DNA of 64,000 nucleotides from an uncultured Dehalococcoidia bacterium (GCA_913047625.1 CAJWUJ010000007.1:495-64494); one strand, 5' to 3'; shown: positions 35,842-47,029, counted from the stretch's first letter. The notes: generated from the letters alone by a model not told the origin. Numbers and translations: made by a program.

Positions 35842-37296
35842 TTGAATAAGCAAGCTATATATAACTATATTGATCAGAACATTGACAAACATACTGCTCG
35901 AGTTCAGGAGTGGGTAAAACAACCAAGCGTAAGCTGGGATAATTTAGGAGTCGAAGACTGTGCGAAATTAGTAGCTCGTACCTATAAGGATCTTGGTTGC
36001 AGCGAAGTAGATCTCTTAGAAGGCCGGTTCCATCCAGGGCTATGGGCTTACTATGATGCAGGAGCAACTAAAACAATTCATAACTATTGTATGTTTGATA
36101 CCAGACCTGTAGCTAACGCAGACAAATGGAACTACGACCCATGGGGTGGAGAGCTTGTTCAATACGGTGATTTCCCTAAAGTAGTAGTGGGGAGGGGAGC
36201 TTTAGGTGCAAAAGGACCATATGTAGCTTTTCTTAATGCACTTGAAGCGATTATTGCAGTAGAGGGAACCCTTCCGGTTAACATTATGTTTCTTGCTGAA
36301 GGGGAAGAGATTATGATGAGTCCTGCCTACAAGCATTTTGTTGAAGCATATAGTCATCGCTTAAAGGAAGTAAGTGCAAGTTATTGTGTGATGGGCTCGC
36401 AATCAGCTGATGGGTCTGTTCCTATTTGGTTGGGTATGAAAGGGATGGTTGTATTGGAGCTTTCAGCAAAAGGCGCTAATTGGGACAAAGGACCATCAAC
36501 TACCATTCATAGTTCTGCAGCTGGATTGGTGCAGAACCTTCCTATCAGACTGTCCCAGGCGTTGGCATCTCTTGTTGATAACGGAGGTCGATGTGTGGTA
36601 GACGGGTTGGAACAAATTTGGTCCTATCGAAAGTCAATTGCGACAGACGAAGAAGCTCTTTTACAAGGGTTGGCTCAGAGATTTAAAGGTAAAGACTGGA
36701 GGAATGCTCTACCCCTAGGCGGAACTGACAATATTGCTGAAATTGTCGGTGGTATGAATGGTATGGATCCTTTGAAGAATTACCTATACGGCCCTACAAT
36801 GAATGTATCTGGTTTAAGAAGTGGTTTCATTGGTATGGGTACACATACCAACCCCGCAATATCCCCAGGTGTAGCTACAGCGACTATTGATTTACGGATG
36901 GTGGTGGAAATGCCCGCACAGGAGATAATAGGATCAATTCGTAAGCATCTGGATTCACATGGGTTTACGGATATTGAGATTGATGTCTTGGCAGACTATG
37001 ACTTCAATCAAGCTCCGTGCAGCTTCAGCTCTCTTGATGCTTTAAAAGATACACTTCATTCATGGGATGTAGAACCTGTAGTATGGCCTTTAAACGGAGG
37101 GGGAGGTCCATGGACAGCGGTAGCTAATGCTTTTGGTGTTCCATGTATTCGTGGAGGTGCAATCGGTGGTGGAGGAAACGGTCCAGGGAATATAGACGAA
37201 TATTTGGTCATAGAAGGCAATGGGAAAGTTGCGGGATTAGCTGAATCAGAAAAGTATCATGTAGATGCTTTATTCAACTTTGCTGCTAGTCTTTGA
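35842..37296 (+). CDS. M20 family metallopeptidase/deacylase
   Basis: 484 aa. FLAEGEEIMMSP (catalytic Glu-Glu region). TTG start 5 nt after AGGAG. Confidence 0.75.
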   Translation: MNKQAIYNYIDQNIDKHTARVQEWVKQPSVSWDNLGVEDCAKLVARTYKDLGCSEVDLLEGRFHPGLWAYYDAGATKTIHNYCMFDTRPVANADKWNYDPWGGELVQYGDFPKVVVGRGALGAKGPYVAFLNALEAIIAVEGTLPVNIMFLAEGEEIMMSPAYKHFVEAYSHRLKEVSASYCVMGSQSADGSVPIWLGMKGMVVLELSAKGANWDKGPSTTIHSSAAGLVQNLPIRLSQALASLVDNGGRCVVDGLEQIWSYRKSIATDEEALLQGLAQRFKGKDWRNALPLGGTDNIAEIVGGMNGMDPLKNYLYGPTMNVSGLRSGFIGMGTHTNPAISPGVATATIDLRMVVEMPAQEIIGSIRKHLDSHGFTDIEIDVLADYDFNQAPCSFSSLDALKDTLHSWDVEPVVWPLNGGGGPWTAVANAFGVPCIRGGAIGGGGNGPGNIDEYLVIEGNGKVAGLAESEKYHVDALFNFAASL

Positions 37297-37303
37297 CAGT
37301 ATT

Positions 37304-38395
37304 CTAAGTATTCTCAAAAAGTCTAGCGAGATTGTTGCCTAGTATCATATCCATGTGCTGGTCTGGAATAAAACTACAGTAGTCTTTTAAATAGTCAAGG
37401 GATTGCTTGTAGGTACAGAATCGTTCAACGTTTGGAGCATCAGTTCCCCATACTAATTTTTCAGGACCAAGGTGTTTATAGAATTGTCTTATTATTGGTC
37501 GAAGTTCTCTGTAGGGATAGTCTATAAGACCTCCGAAGATGATTGGAAAACATAGTTCAACCATTAGGTTTGGAGCCTTCATGATGTCCCAAAACTCTTG
37601 GGGGAAAACTACGCCTCTTTTACTAGTGAAGAACCCGAAAGGAAATCCATTGGTTAAAACACAGGGAATGGTCGGGTTTTTTTGAAGCCATTTACCTAAG
37701 GAACGAATTGTTGATAGATAAGAGTTCTTGGAGGGTTCGTTTGCTGGGCAGTTCCAAAACACAGGAGTTTTAAGTGATTTGGTTAGATCAAAGAAGGTAT
37801 CAAAAACTCGATGTTCGACCTTATGATTATTTCCTCCGAAAAAGATATTTCTGGTATCAAACCATGTTCCGCTGAGCCCTAGGTTCTTAATTGCGTGTTC
37901 CAGAACTTCCAGTTGAGATCGGTGATAAGCTTTCCATTCATCGACCACTGCGAGTCCCCAAAATCGACCAGGATAGTTTTGAATTGCTTTAGCTTGATAT
38001 TCATTAAGTTTTCCGTATAAGTGTCCATTATGGATTACTGCCTTATCTACCCCTGAATGATTCATAGTGGCAACCATGACTCCCGGCAGCGCTTCAAGGT
38101 TAACCATACTGGGAGGCAGATATTGTTTGTATACATCCTGTCCCTCAGACGTCCACATAAGTCTACCGTAGCCGCCTGATCTGAAATCTCGGTCCACTAA
38201 ACCATCAAAAGTATAATTATTATCTTTGATTAGAGGCAGACTTTGAGTGACTTGTGCGTTGAGATCTGCCCTGATGGGAAGCCGATCATTGGTGGCGAGC
38301 TCCCTTTGTACAAATCTCAGATGGTGTCTAGGTGATTTATGGCCAGACGCACTTCCCATTGGTGGAAAGATATGAATGTGAGAGTCAACTATCAT
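37304..38395 (-). CDS. Amidohydrolase_2 (ACMSD-like) family metal-dependent hydrolase/decarboxylase
   Basis: MIVDSHIHIF N-terminal HxH. C-terminal WGTDAP. Confidence 0.78.
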   Translation of the reverse strand: MIVDSHIHIFPPMGSASGHKSPRHHLRFVQRELATNDRLPIRADLNAQVTQSLPLIKDNNYTFDGLVDRDFRSGGYGRLMWTSEGQDVYKQYLPPSMVNLEALPGVMVATMNHSGVDKAVIHNGHLYGKLNEYQAKAIQNYPGRFWGLAVVDEWKAYHRSQLEVLEHAIKNLGLSGTWFDTRNIFFGGNNHKVEHRVFDTFFDLTKSLKTPVFWNCPANEPSKNSYLSTIRSLGKWLQKNPTIPCVLTNGFPFGFFTSKRGVVFPQEFWDIMKAPNLMVELCFPIIFGGLIDYPYRELRPIIRQFYKHLGPEKLVWGTDAPNVERFCTYKQSLDYLKDYCSFIPDQHMDMILGNNLARLFENT

Positions 38396-38452
38396 AGAAA
38401 AATAATATAGGTTAATATCTTCCGTGGCAAACTATCAAGTGAGATGATTACC

Positions 38453-39358
38453 TCAAATGTCTAGACCAGATACTCGAATTTCAACATTGGCTCTCTGTTC
38501 TTGGAGTTTCATCGCAATTCTCGTGTCTTTATCTCCCCATCCGCGATTCATTGCCTCTTCTAGTTCAGCAGTAGCCATGTTTGTGAGTCGAGCAGGAACC
38601 TCTAGTTCTTTAGCTACACTTGTAGCTAACTTTATATCTTTTAATGCCATCTGCAAAGAAAATAGTGGCTCATAATTATCTTGGAACAGTGTTTTTGGGA
38701 TAGCTACTTTTAGGTCAAGCATGTTTCCCAATGCACCGTGAACCATGACTTCCCACAATGCTTTGGCATCTACGCCTCCTTTAACCCCCATTGATAGTGC
38801 TTCTGCGATAGCAATACCTGTGGCAATACTTGCCGCATTGTGGGCTAATTTGCATAGAGTTCCACTACCGATCAAACCGGTGTATGTGATTTTTTCTCCA
38901 ATTACGTTGAGAATATCGAAGGCTCTATCGTATACTTCTTTATCCCCACCCACCATTAATGCTAGAGTGCCTTTCTCTGCTCCACTTGGGCCACCACTTA
39001 CTGGACAGTCCAGCATATGGGCTCCTAGCAATGAAATATGTTCCCCCAGTTCTCTGGTGAGTTTTAAGGAATTTGTTGAAACATCGATATAGATACTGTT
39101 GGGCTGTATAGTAGCGCCTATACCATTTTCACCCCTAACTGCTTCATCTATTTCTTTTGGGCCTGGAAGTGAAGTAAATACTATCTCAGAATTCGCAGCT
39201 ACTTCCGAAGCATCTTTTGCTGCTTTAGCGCCGTTGTAAACGAGTTTGTCTACTACAGATGAACGAAGATCGTGAACGATAAGGCTGTGCTTTGCTTTTA
39301 GAATGTTCGATGCCATTCCATATCCCATATTCCCTAAGCCAATAAATCCAATATCCAT
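38453..39358 (-). CDS. NAD(P)-dependent 3-hydroxyisobutyrate/6-phosphogluconate dehydrogenase-like oxidoreductase
   Basis: MDIGFIGLGNMGYGMASN dinucleotide fold. Central GGPSGAEKGTL and the KLAHN region. Confidence 0.85.
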   Translation of the reverse strand: MDIGFIGLGNMGYGMASNILKAKHSLIVHDLRSSVVDKLVYNGAKAAKDASEVAANSEIVFTSLPGPKEIDEAVRGENGIGATIQPNSIYIDVSTNSLKLTRELGEHISLLGAHMLDCPVSGGPSGAEKGTLALMVGGDKEVYDRAFDILNVIGEKITYTGLIGSGTLCKLAHNAASIATGIAIAEALSMGVKGGVDAKALWEVMVHGALGNMLDLKVAIPKTLFQDNYEPLFSLQMALKDIKLATSVAKELEVPARLTNMATAELEEAMNRGWGDKDTRIAMKLQEQRANVEIRVSGLDI

Positions 39359-39523
39359 CAGAACACCTCCTAAGCATATTAGCGCAATTTGATTGTAAAC
39401 TTAAGTTGAAATTTTCTCAATTAAAGAGGGCTTTTTTTAACTGTTGCCCGTCCACCTTTTTTGAACGGATCCATCGGTGGTCTTTTATTTGATATAGTTA
39501 AGTAGACTTGGCAAGGAAAAAAC

Positions 39524-40201
39524 ATGAGTACCATTGACCAATTTAACAAAACCGAAGTGCTGGAACTGATCAGTAAGACACAAATGATCGCAGTAGTCCG
39601 CGCGAGTGAACCAGAGAAAGCATTGAAACTTGGAGAAGCTGCCGTAAAGGCTGGCGTGATTGCCGTGGAAATAACTGCTACTGTTCCTTCCTATGACAAA
39701 GTTGTGACACAACTACAGGCTAATTTTGGGAACAGTGCTGTAGTGGGAGTCGGATCAATTCTGAGTACAAAGCAGATTGAGATTGCATTAGATGCAGGTG
39801 CGCAATTTATCGTGACACCTGCTGTAAGTACGGGTCTAGTGATTTCCAATTACCTGGCTGAATCAGTTTTTATTATTGGTGCCTTAACGCCATCTGAAAT
39901 ACTATATGCTGAACATATGGGGGCTGATCTAGTTAAAGTATTTCCTGTTAATGCAGTTGGTGGAAGTTCTTACATTAGGTCAATTTTAGAACCGATGCCG
40001 TGGTTGAAGCTTGTCCCTACTGGTGGGGTAAATCTCGAAAACTTCGTATCATTTATTCATGCCGGGGCTACATGTGTAGGCCTTGGAAGTTCGTTGTTTC
40101 CTAAAGATTTGGTACAGGAAGAGAAATGGGAGGAGATTTCCCGACATATTGCTAAGTTTGGAGTTCGATTGGATGAAACGAGAGACAGTAGTGGTGAATA
40201 A
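39524..40201 (+). CDS. KDPG/KHG aldolase family protein (Eda-like)
   Basis: IAVVRA, VEIT, VKVFP (Schiff-base Lys) and VPTGGV. Confidence 0.82.
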   Translation: MSTIDQFNKTEVLELISKTQMIAVVRASEPEKALKLGEAAVKAGVIAVEITATVPSYDKVVTQLQANFGNSAVVGVGSILSTKQIEIALDAGAQFIVTPAVSTGLVISNYLAESVFIIGALTPSEILYAEHMGADLVKVFPVNAVGGSSYIRSILEPMPWLKLVPTGGVNLENFVSFIHAGATCVGLGSSLFPKDLVQEEKWEEISRHIAKFGVRLDETRDSSGE

Positions 40202-41435
40202 ACAATCAAGTGAAACCACTACTATTGTCGATTATCTTATCGTAGGGGGAGGGTATGCCGGAGATGTTGCTGCATCCGCCCTTAGGAAATCCTCGCGAGA
40301 TTCATCTATTCTGCTGGTGAGTGATGAAGAGGATTTTCCTTATCATCGGCATCAACTCTCTAAGGAATTTCTTTTAGGACGACGGTCTGACAAAGAAATT
40401 ATGTTAAGAAGGGGTAATTTTTACGAAACTCAGAATATAGAAGTGTCTTTAAATGAACGGGCACGGCGGTTGATACCCGAAGAATATTCGCTTGAAACTG
40501 ACAAAAGTATAATCCGGTATGAAAAGCTCCTGATAGCTACTGGCGCCAGGCCCAAAAAACACGATTGTCCCGGGTCAAATCTTGAAGGTATTTACTATTT
40601 GCGTACAATTGAAGACGCAAGAAGATTCCGGAGATTACTCCAGGCAAAGAGCAGAGTAGTTGTTGTGGGAGGAGGGTTTATAGGTGTTGAAGTTGCATGT
40701 GCTCTGTCCGAACTGGGGATGAACGTTTCTTTGGTTATCCAAGAAGAGACAATTTGGGAACACTTATTAGGTACGGAAATCAGCCAATATTTTCACAATA
40801 AGTGTACGAATAGAGGAATAAATATTATTGCGTCCGAAGAAGTGCAAAGTTATCACGGAGACAAGGTTGTCACAGCTGTTCAAACACGCGATCAGCGGCT
40901 CGACTGTGACTTTGTTGTTACCGGCATTGGTTCTGTTCCCAATACCGAGTGGCTTACACAATCGGGTTTAATCATTGGTGATGGATTGATGGTGGATCAG
41001 AATATGAGAACAAATGATCCTGCAATTTATGCGGCGGGAGATGTGGCTTGTATTCAAGATATGACTCTTTCTTCTCCATATAGAACACAGCATTGGGATG
41101 CTGCTCGTGAACAAGGTTTGTGCGCAGCATCTAATATGCTTGGAGGCAGCGTCGCATTTGAACATACTCCTAGTTTCTTTACGTCTATTTTTGATATCTG
41201 GATGGATCAGATAGGAATACCGAATCGATTTGATTCGGTTGTGGTTCGGCAAAAATCCCCAGATAGTTTTATTGCCTTCTACCTTTTTGGCCAACATATT
41301 GAGGCAGGGATATTAGTGAATAGTTCTGCTGATTATAAAGCCTTGAGGAAACTTGTGGTTAATAAAGTGTGTATAAAAGATACCCGAGCACTTGGTGATA
41401 TGGAGAGAGAACTAGGCTCAATTGCCATTGATTAG
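40173..41435 (+). CDS. FAD-dependent pyridine-nucleotide-disulfide oxidoreductase (ferredoxin-reductase-like)
   Basis: LIVGGGYAG and VVVGGGFIGVE dinucleotide motifs, plus AAGDVA. Start taken at ATG 40173, a 29-nt overlap with the Eda-like gene. The track's 40083 extension is non-conserved. Confidence 0.82.
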   Translation: MKRETVVVNKQSSETTTIVDYLIVGGGYAGDVAASALRKSSRDSSILLVSDEEDFPYHRHQLSKEFLLGRRSDKEIMLRRGNFYETQNIEVSLNERARRLIPEEYSLETDKSIIRYEKLLIATGARPKKHDCPGSNLEGIYYLRTIEDARRFRRLLQAKSRVVVVGGGFIGVEVACALSELGMNVSLVIQEETIWEHLLGTEISQYFHNKCTNRGINIIASEEVQSYHGDKVVTAVQTRDQRLDCDFVVTGIGSVPNTEWLTQSGLIIGDGLMVDQNMRTNDPAIYAAGDVACIQDMTLSSPYRTQHWDAAREQGLCAASNMLGGSVAFEHTPSFFTSIFDIWMDQIGIPNRFDSVVVRQKSPDSFIAFYLFGQHIEAGILVNSSADYKALRKLVVNKVCIKDTRALGDMERELGSIAID

Positions 41436-41480
41436 TCGGATGCTATAATAGCTGAAATTATTTCTGTATAGGTGGACATA

Positions 41481-42545
41481 ATGACTACGTATAATATAGC
41501 GGTGATTCCAGGTGATGGGATTGGCGATGAAGTCGTTGCTCAAGGACTACGTGTACTTCAAGAACTAGAAAAGAAAAAGAAGGTTAAATTTCAGTTCACC
41601 GAGTTTTCTTGGGGCTCTGAGCATTATTTATCTACTGGTAGGATGATGCCTTCTGATGGGCTGGATCGGCTGTTACCGTTTGATGCTATTTATTTTGGCG
41701 CGGTTGGGCATCCTGACATTCAAGACCATATCACGCTGAACGGATTGTTATTACCTATGCGGCGAGCTTTTGACCAATACGTGTGTCTGAGACCTAGTGT
41801 GTTGTATGGAGGTGTTGCTTCTCCTTTGGCAGGTAAGAGTCCAGGCGATATTGACATGCTGGTTATACGTGAGAATACAGAGGGTGAATATGCTAATATT
41901 GGAGGATTTCAATATCAGAATTCTCCCCAAGAGACCGCTGTCCAAAGTTCTATTTTTACCCGTTATGGATGTGAACGAGTTATACGCTATGCATTTGATT
42001 TGGCTGTGTCTCGTAAGCGGAAACATGTGACCTCCATAACCAAATCAAACGCCCAAGGATACGGTATGGTGCTATGGGATAAGGTTTTTCTGTCAGTTGC
42101 AGAAGAATATCCTGGGATTACTACAGATTCTCAGCTTATTGATGCAGCCTGTATGAACTTTGTTCGAAAACCTGAGTTTTTCGATGTAGTGGTTGGTAGT
42201 AATTTATTTGGTGATATTCTGACAGATATTGGGGCGATTATTACTGGAAGTATGGGCCTTGCTGCTAGTGCAAATCTAAATCCCACGCGGAAGTATCCGT
42301 CATTATTTGAACCTGTACATGGTAGTGCTCCTGATATAGCTGGACGGGGTATCGCAAACCCTCTGGCGGCTATTCTTTCTGTTGCCATGATGTTAGATCA
42401 TTTGGGAGAACAGGAACTTAGCAGTGAAGTTGAGAGAGGGACTTTAGCAGTGCTAAATGATCATACGGTTTTAACCCCTGATCTTGGAGGTACCGCTAGT
42501 ACTGAAGAAGTTGGTTCAGCAGTTGTCGAGCAGTTATTCCATTAG
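41481..42545 (+). CDS. Tartrate dehydrogenase/decarboxylase-like member of the isocitrate/isopropylmalate dehydrogenase family
   Basis: [39 protein letters not shown] and [12 protein letters not shown] 41481 lies 5 nt after AGGTGG. Confidence 0.85.
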   Translation: MTTYNIAVIPGDGIGDEVVAQGLRVLQELEKKKKVKFQFTEFSWGSEHYLSTGRMMPSDGLDRLLPFDAIYFGAVGHPDIQDHITLNGLLLPMRRAFDQYVCLRPSVLYGGVASPLAGKSPGDIDMLVIRENTEGEYANIGGFQYQNSPQETAVQSSIFTRYGCERVIRYAFDLAVSRKRKHVTSITKSNAQGYGMVLWDKVFLSVAEEYPGITTDSQLIDAACMNFVRKPEFFDVVVGSNLFGDILTDIGAIITGSMGLAASANLNPTRKYPSLFEPVHGSAPDIAGRGIANPLAAILSVAMMLDHLGEQELSSEVERGTLAVLNDHTVLTPDLGGTASTEEVGSAVVEQLFH

Positions 42546-42550
42546 GTGAT

Positions 42551-44236
42551 TTAGATTTTTTTAATAGACTTCAGTGCATGAGCTGAGGCTGGAAGTTCTT
42601 CTGGATCCACCGGAATTTCGATTACGCTAGGGTTTCCGCTTGCTAGAGCCTTGGCAATTGTGTCTCCAATGGAATCTGGGTGTTCTATATAATAGCCGTC
42701 CCCCCCGAACAACTTTGCGAGTTTGTCGAAACGCGGGTTGGTGATATCAGCACCTACATATCTGCCCTGATAAAGATCCCTTTGATATACTTTTTCGGAA
42801 CCCCATGCGTTATTATTCATAACAATAGAAACCACAGGGATATCGTGTTGTACAGCCGTAGCTATTTCTCGTGCGTGGAACAAGTATCCTCCATCGCCAT
42901 TGATGGAAACAACTGGACAGTCTGGTTTACCTATCTTTGCTCCCAGTGCAATTCCGTAGCCCCATCCAATACAGCCTAAATCCAGTGAGGAAAAGAAGGT
43001 TCTTGGTTGATAGCATTGCAATCTATCATATCCGTAGGCCACGCAACCACCGGCATCCATACTTACGATAGTATTCTTAGGAAGTACTTTGCGAAGTTCA
43101 GCATAAACTTTTTGTGGCTTTATAGGGGCACTGGACAGCAATGTCTCTTTATGCAATCGGTCCAGCCTTTGCACCTGTTTTGATTGGGCGATTTTTATCC
43201 AGGAATCACGGTGTTCCAAAGAGACTGTAGACATGTCGTTTTCCAACAACAAGGAGATATTTTGATTGATATCTCCTGTCAGGCTGTATGTTGCTGGGAA
43301 CACCTGATTGATAAAGGTAGTATCTAGGTCAATTTGAATAAGTGTACTATCTTGGCTGATGTACCTATTATCATAATACGTGTCAAAGTGACCTAGTTTA
43401 GTCCCTATGGCTACTAAAACATCCGCTTGTTTACAGAGATCACCTGCTTCAGGAGCGCCTGCTCTTCCTAGGGGGCCAATATACAGTGGGTGATCGTTTG
43501 AGACGACATCATTGTGTCCATATGTTGAGACTATCGGGATATTTAACAAAGTCGATAACTCTTCTATTTTTTGATTTGCATTGGAGTCAGTACAGTTCTC
43601 GCCTGCGAGTAATAACGGTCTTTTGGCACTTACAAGAACTTTCTTAATATTACTTATAAGTGCTTGATCCGCTGCTTTAGTCGTGAGTAGTGGTATTTCT
43701 GAGAAGTGCTGGTCGTCTATGGCGACTGAACGATTAACCGATACATCTTGCGGTATCTCCAAATACACGGGGCCTTTTCTATCTTGTGTAGCTATGTGGA
43801 ATCCCAAATTGACAAATTCTGCTATTCGGTGCGGTTTGTTGATTAGAGTAGCCAGTTTTGTGATCGGCTTAAAAGATGAGACAAGATCCGTTTCTTGTAG
43901 AACACTTGTATTTCTCGTTTGAAGGGACGTTCCTCCGCAGAATGCAATGACTGGAGAATTCGCGACATAGGCGCCTGCAATAGCGGTTGTGGTATTTGTG
44001 GCACCTGCGCCTCCCACTACTAAAGACACCCCTGGTTTTCCTGTTGCTCGGGCATAACCATCTGCCATCAGGGCAGCGGATTGTTCATGACGGCATCCGA
44101 TGAATTTAATGTCAGTCGAATCGTAAAATGCATCCAGAATCCCCAAGAAAGTATGTCCTACTACGCCGAAAACGTATTCGACTTTGTGAGATCGAAGTGA
44201 CTCTAGGAAAATTTCGCCTGCTGTTAATGATTTCAT
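42551..44236 (-). CDS. Thiamine-diphosphate-dependent enzyme (acetolactate synthase/benzoylformate decarboxylase-like)
   Basis: VEYVFGVVGH N-terminal PYR domain. GDGGYLF ThDP motif with the NNNAWG tail. Start taken at ATG 44236 (MKSLTAGE). Confidence 0.85.
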   Translation of the reverse strand: MKSLTAGEIFLESLRSHKVEYVFGVVGHTFLGILDAFYDSTDIKFIGCRHEQSAALMADGYARATGKPGVSLVVGGAGATNTTTAIAGAYVANSPVIAFCGGTSLQTRNTSVLQETDLVSSFKPITKLATLINKPHRIAEFVNLGFHIATQDRKGPVYLEIPQDVSVNRSVAIDDQHFSEIPLLTTKAADQALISNIKKVLVSAKRPLLLAGENCTDSNANQKIEELSTLLNIPIVSTYGHNDVVSNDHPLYIGPLGRAGAPEAGDLCKQADVLVAIGTKLGHFDTYYDNRYISQDSTLIQIDLDTTFINQVFPATYSLTGDINQNISLLLENDMSTVSLEHRDSWIKIAQSKQVQRLDRLHKETLLSSAPIKPQKVYAELRKVLPKNTIVSMDAGGCVAYGYDRLQCYQPRTFFSSLDLGCIGWGYGIALGAKIGKPDCPVVSINGDGGYLFHAREIATAVQHDIPVVSIVMNNNAWGSEKVYQRDLYQGRYVGADITNPRFDKLAKLFGGDGYYIEHPDSIGDTIAKALASGNPSVIEIPVDPEELPASAHALKSIKKI

Positions 44237-44503
44237 CAGTGATTCTAACCTGTGTATTCTTGATATGATTGCTTGATGGATAAGTGAAGACAAGTCCCTG
44301 CATATATCCTTAGACTCTTAAGCCTCTTGTATATGCAAGTGTGACTTAGTCTATGTATAGATGGTTTTGGCTAATATATGTCTATTGTACTACATGCTCA
44401 TGTTTAGATGGATATCTCAATTAGGCTGTTACGTTGACCATGATGGTATCATGCAAATTTAAAGACACGTTCCATAAGGAACCTTATTGAAGGCGGTGAA
44501 CTT

Positions 44504-46219
44504 TTGAGTACAGTAAGTTTTGTTTATAGACCGCAAGTTTTAGGTATGAAACATGTTGTATCTGCTGGTCATCATCTTGCAGCGGATGCGGGATATCGCA
44601 TACTGGAATCTGGTGGCAATGCAATAGATGCAGGGGTAGCAGCGGGGATAATGACCAATGTTGTTTTACCTGATAACACAGGTTTTGGTGGTGTTGCTCC
44701 TATTATGATTTATGATGCTAAAAGTAATGCTGTTAAATCGATTAGTGGGCTAGGAGTCTGGCCTTCGATTGCTTCTCCAGAATATTTTGAGAACAACTGT
44801 AATAGTGACTTGCCGTCTGGGATCTTGCGTTCTGTTGTCCCCGGGGCACCGGACGCGTGGTTTACGGCATTACAGCTGTATGGGACTATGAGTTTTGAGG
44901 AGGTAGTTCAGCCGTCATTGGAAGCTGCAAAGAATGGGTTTCCTGTACCGGATTCGTATGTTAAAGCAGTTGATACTCATATTGAAGAGTTGAAACTTTG
45001 GAGCTACACCGCTGAGCAATTTATTCCGGGAGGAATTCGGCTTAAGGCTGGGCAGAAACTAGTGCAAACAAATTTGGCGAGTACTTTCGAACATTTGATT
45101 GAAGTAGAAAGAACGAATGCTTCAAAAGGAAGAACCAGTGCTATTAAATCAGCCAGAGACGAATTCTATAAAGGGGATATTGCACGCGAGATTGCTCGAT
45201 TTTCGGCAGAACTTGGTGGTCTGCTTTCGATGAAAGATCTTCAGGACTTCACCGTTGAGGTTGAAGTTCCGCCTCGAGGATCGTATAAAGACTATGAAAT
45301 AGCCACGTGCGGTTTTTGGAGCCAGGGCCCTTTAATCATTCAGATGCTCAATATGCTTGAACAGATAGATTTGCAGGCATTGGGTCATAATTCCAGTGAA
45401 TATATTCACTTAGTTGTAGAAATAATGAAGTTGGCTTTTGCTGATCGAGAAATGTATTATGGGGATCCAAAGTTCATTGATATACCTGAGGAAATTTTGC
45501 TTTCCAAGGAATATGCAGCGCAGCGTCTTCAATCTATAGATTTTTCATCTGCATGTCCTGGCATGCCAGATCCTGGCCTCATTGAACAAAGTGGTCGTAG
45601 TCACCATGACTTCTATACAGGATCTTCGGGCTTGGATAGAGATACAAGTTATCTTTGTGTGGTAGATAGATGGGGTAATATGTTTTCAGCTACTCCTAGT
45701 GATCCGTTTGGTGCGCCGATCATTCCTGAACTAGGCTTTGCAATTTCTTCACGTGGGAGCCAGTCATGGATCGATAGATCTCATCCGAGCTGTTTGGCTC
45801 CTGGCAAGCGTCCTAGATTGACTCCAAATCCTGCTATTGTCTTTCACGAAGATCGCCCTTGGATGGCATTTGGAACTCCTGGGGGGGACGTCCAACCTCA
45901 AGCCATGGTTCAAGTGCTTTTGAATTTAATTGGTTTTAATATGGAGCCACAACAGGCAATTGAAGCACCCCGCTTCGGGACTCATAGTTTTCCAAATTCT
46001 TTTTGGCCGCATAAGTATAATCCCGGTTTACTAAAACTGGAAGCTCGTATTGATGATTCGGTAGAGAGGGATCTCACTCAAAAGGGGCATGTTATTGAAA
46101 GATGGAATGCGTGGGATGAACTGGCTGGTGGAGTGTGTTTGGCTGCTCATGGGGAAGAGCAAGGTACCCTTATCGGTGCGGCAGACCCTAGAAGGCAGTG
46201 TTATGCCATAGGCAGGTAA
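44504..46219 (+). CDS. Gamma-glutamyltransferase family protein
   Basis: GGNAIDAGVAAG. Autoprocessing nucleophile context DTSYLCVVD. GTPGG. The start is uncertain (TTG 44504 or ATG 44546). Confidence 0.85.
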   Translation: MSTVSFVYRPQVLGMKHVVSAGHHLAADAGYRILESGGNAIDAGVAAGIMTNVVLPDNTGFGGVAPIMIYDAKSNAVKSISGLGVWPSIASPEYFENNCNSDLPSGILRSVVPGAPDAWFTALQLYGTMSFEEVVQPSLEAAKNGFPVPDSYVKAVDTHIEELKLWSYTAEQFIPGGIRLKAGQKLVQTNLASTFEHLIEVERTNASKGRTSAIKSARDEFYKGDIAREIARFSAELGGLLSMKDLQDFTVEVEVPPRGSYKDYEIATCGFWSQGPLIIQMLNMLEQIDLQALGHNSSEYIHLVVEIMKLAFADREMYYGDPKFIDIPEEILLSKEYAAQRLQSIDFSSACPGMPDPGLIEQSGRSHHDFYTGSSGLDRDTSYLCVVDRWGNMFSATPSDPFGAPIIPELGFAISSRGSQSWIDRSHPSCLAPGKRPRLTPNPAIVFHEDRPWMAFGTPGGDVQPQAMVQVLLNLIGFNMEPQQAIEAPRFGTHSFPNSFWPHKYNPGLLKLEARIDDSVERDLTQKGHVIERWNAWDELAGGVCLAAHGEEQGTLIGAADPRRQCYAIGR

Positions 46220-46996
46220 TTACCATGCCGTCCAGCCTCCGTCTACAAGCAATAATTGCCCGGTAGTCCCAGTTGTGGAGGGACTTGCCAAGTAGATAGC
46301 GGCTCCTACAATTTCTTCCACTTGCAAGCGTCGGCCCATAGGGGAGTAAGTCTGGATAAATTTATTGACCTCGTCTTGGTTTCTATCCATGGTGTTCACC
46401 ATTGGTGTTTCGGTCGGTCCAGGACCGATCGCATTGACAGTAATACCTAACTTTGCCCATTCTATTGCCAAGGCTTTGGTCAAGTTGGTGACCCCTCCTT
46501 TGCTTGCACAATAATGCGCTCGATTATACATCCCTGTTTGTGATAATTGGGATGAGATGTTAATGATGCGCCCAAATTTTTGGTTTATCATATGGGATGC
46601 TGCTGCTTGGGAACAGAAAAACGTTCCCTTCAGATTTATATCAATGGTGAAATCCCAATCTTGCTCTGTGATGCTCATCGCTTCTTGGACTATCCGTACA
46701 CCTGCATTATTAACCAGAATATCTAGCTGTCCAAAATCTTGCACAACCTGATCAACGGTTGTCTGGATTTGGTTAACAGTGCTCACATCCAGTTCGTAAG
46801 CTTTAGCCTCTTTTCCGATCTTTTTGACTTCTTCGACAGTTTCTTCAGCAAGAGCCATGCGGTTTGGTATTTCGCAAACAGCGACATTAGCCCCAGCTTC
46901 TGCCATGCCAAGAGCTACAGCTTTTCCTATTCCCCTGCCTCCACCAGTGATAAAGGCAATCATGTTGTCTAAATTAAAACCATTGTAAGGCATCAT
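46220..46996 (-). CDS. SDR family oxidoreductase (FabG-like)
   Basis: ITGGGRGIGKA, NNAG, YCASK. Confidence 0.9.
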   Translation of the reverse strand: MMPYNGFNLDNMIAFITGGGRGIGKAVALGMAEAGANVAVCEIPNRMALAEETVEEVKKIGKEAKAYELDVSTVNQIQTTVDQVVQDFGQLDILVNNAGVRIVQEAMSITEQDWDFTIDINLKGTFFCSQAAASHMINQKFGRIINISSQLSQTGMYNRAHYCASKGGVTNLTKALAIEWAKLGITVNAIGPGPTETPMVNTMDRNQDEVNKFIQTYSPMGRRLQVEEIVGAAIYLASPSTTGTTGQLLLVDGGWTAW

Positions 46997-47029
46997 AAAT
47001 CCTTCAGATTCTAGTCTATCACAGTTGTA

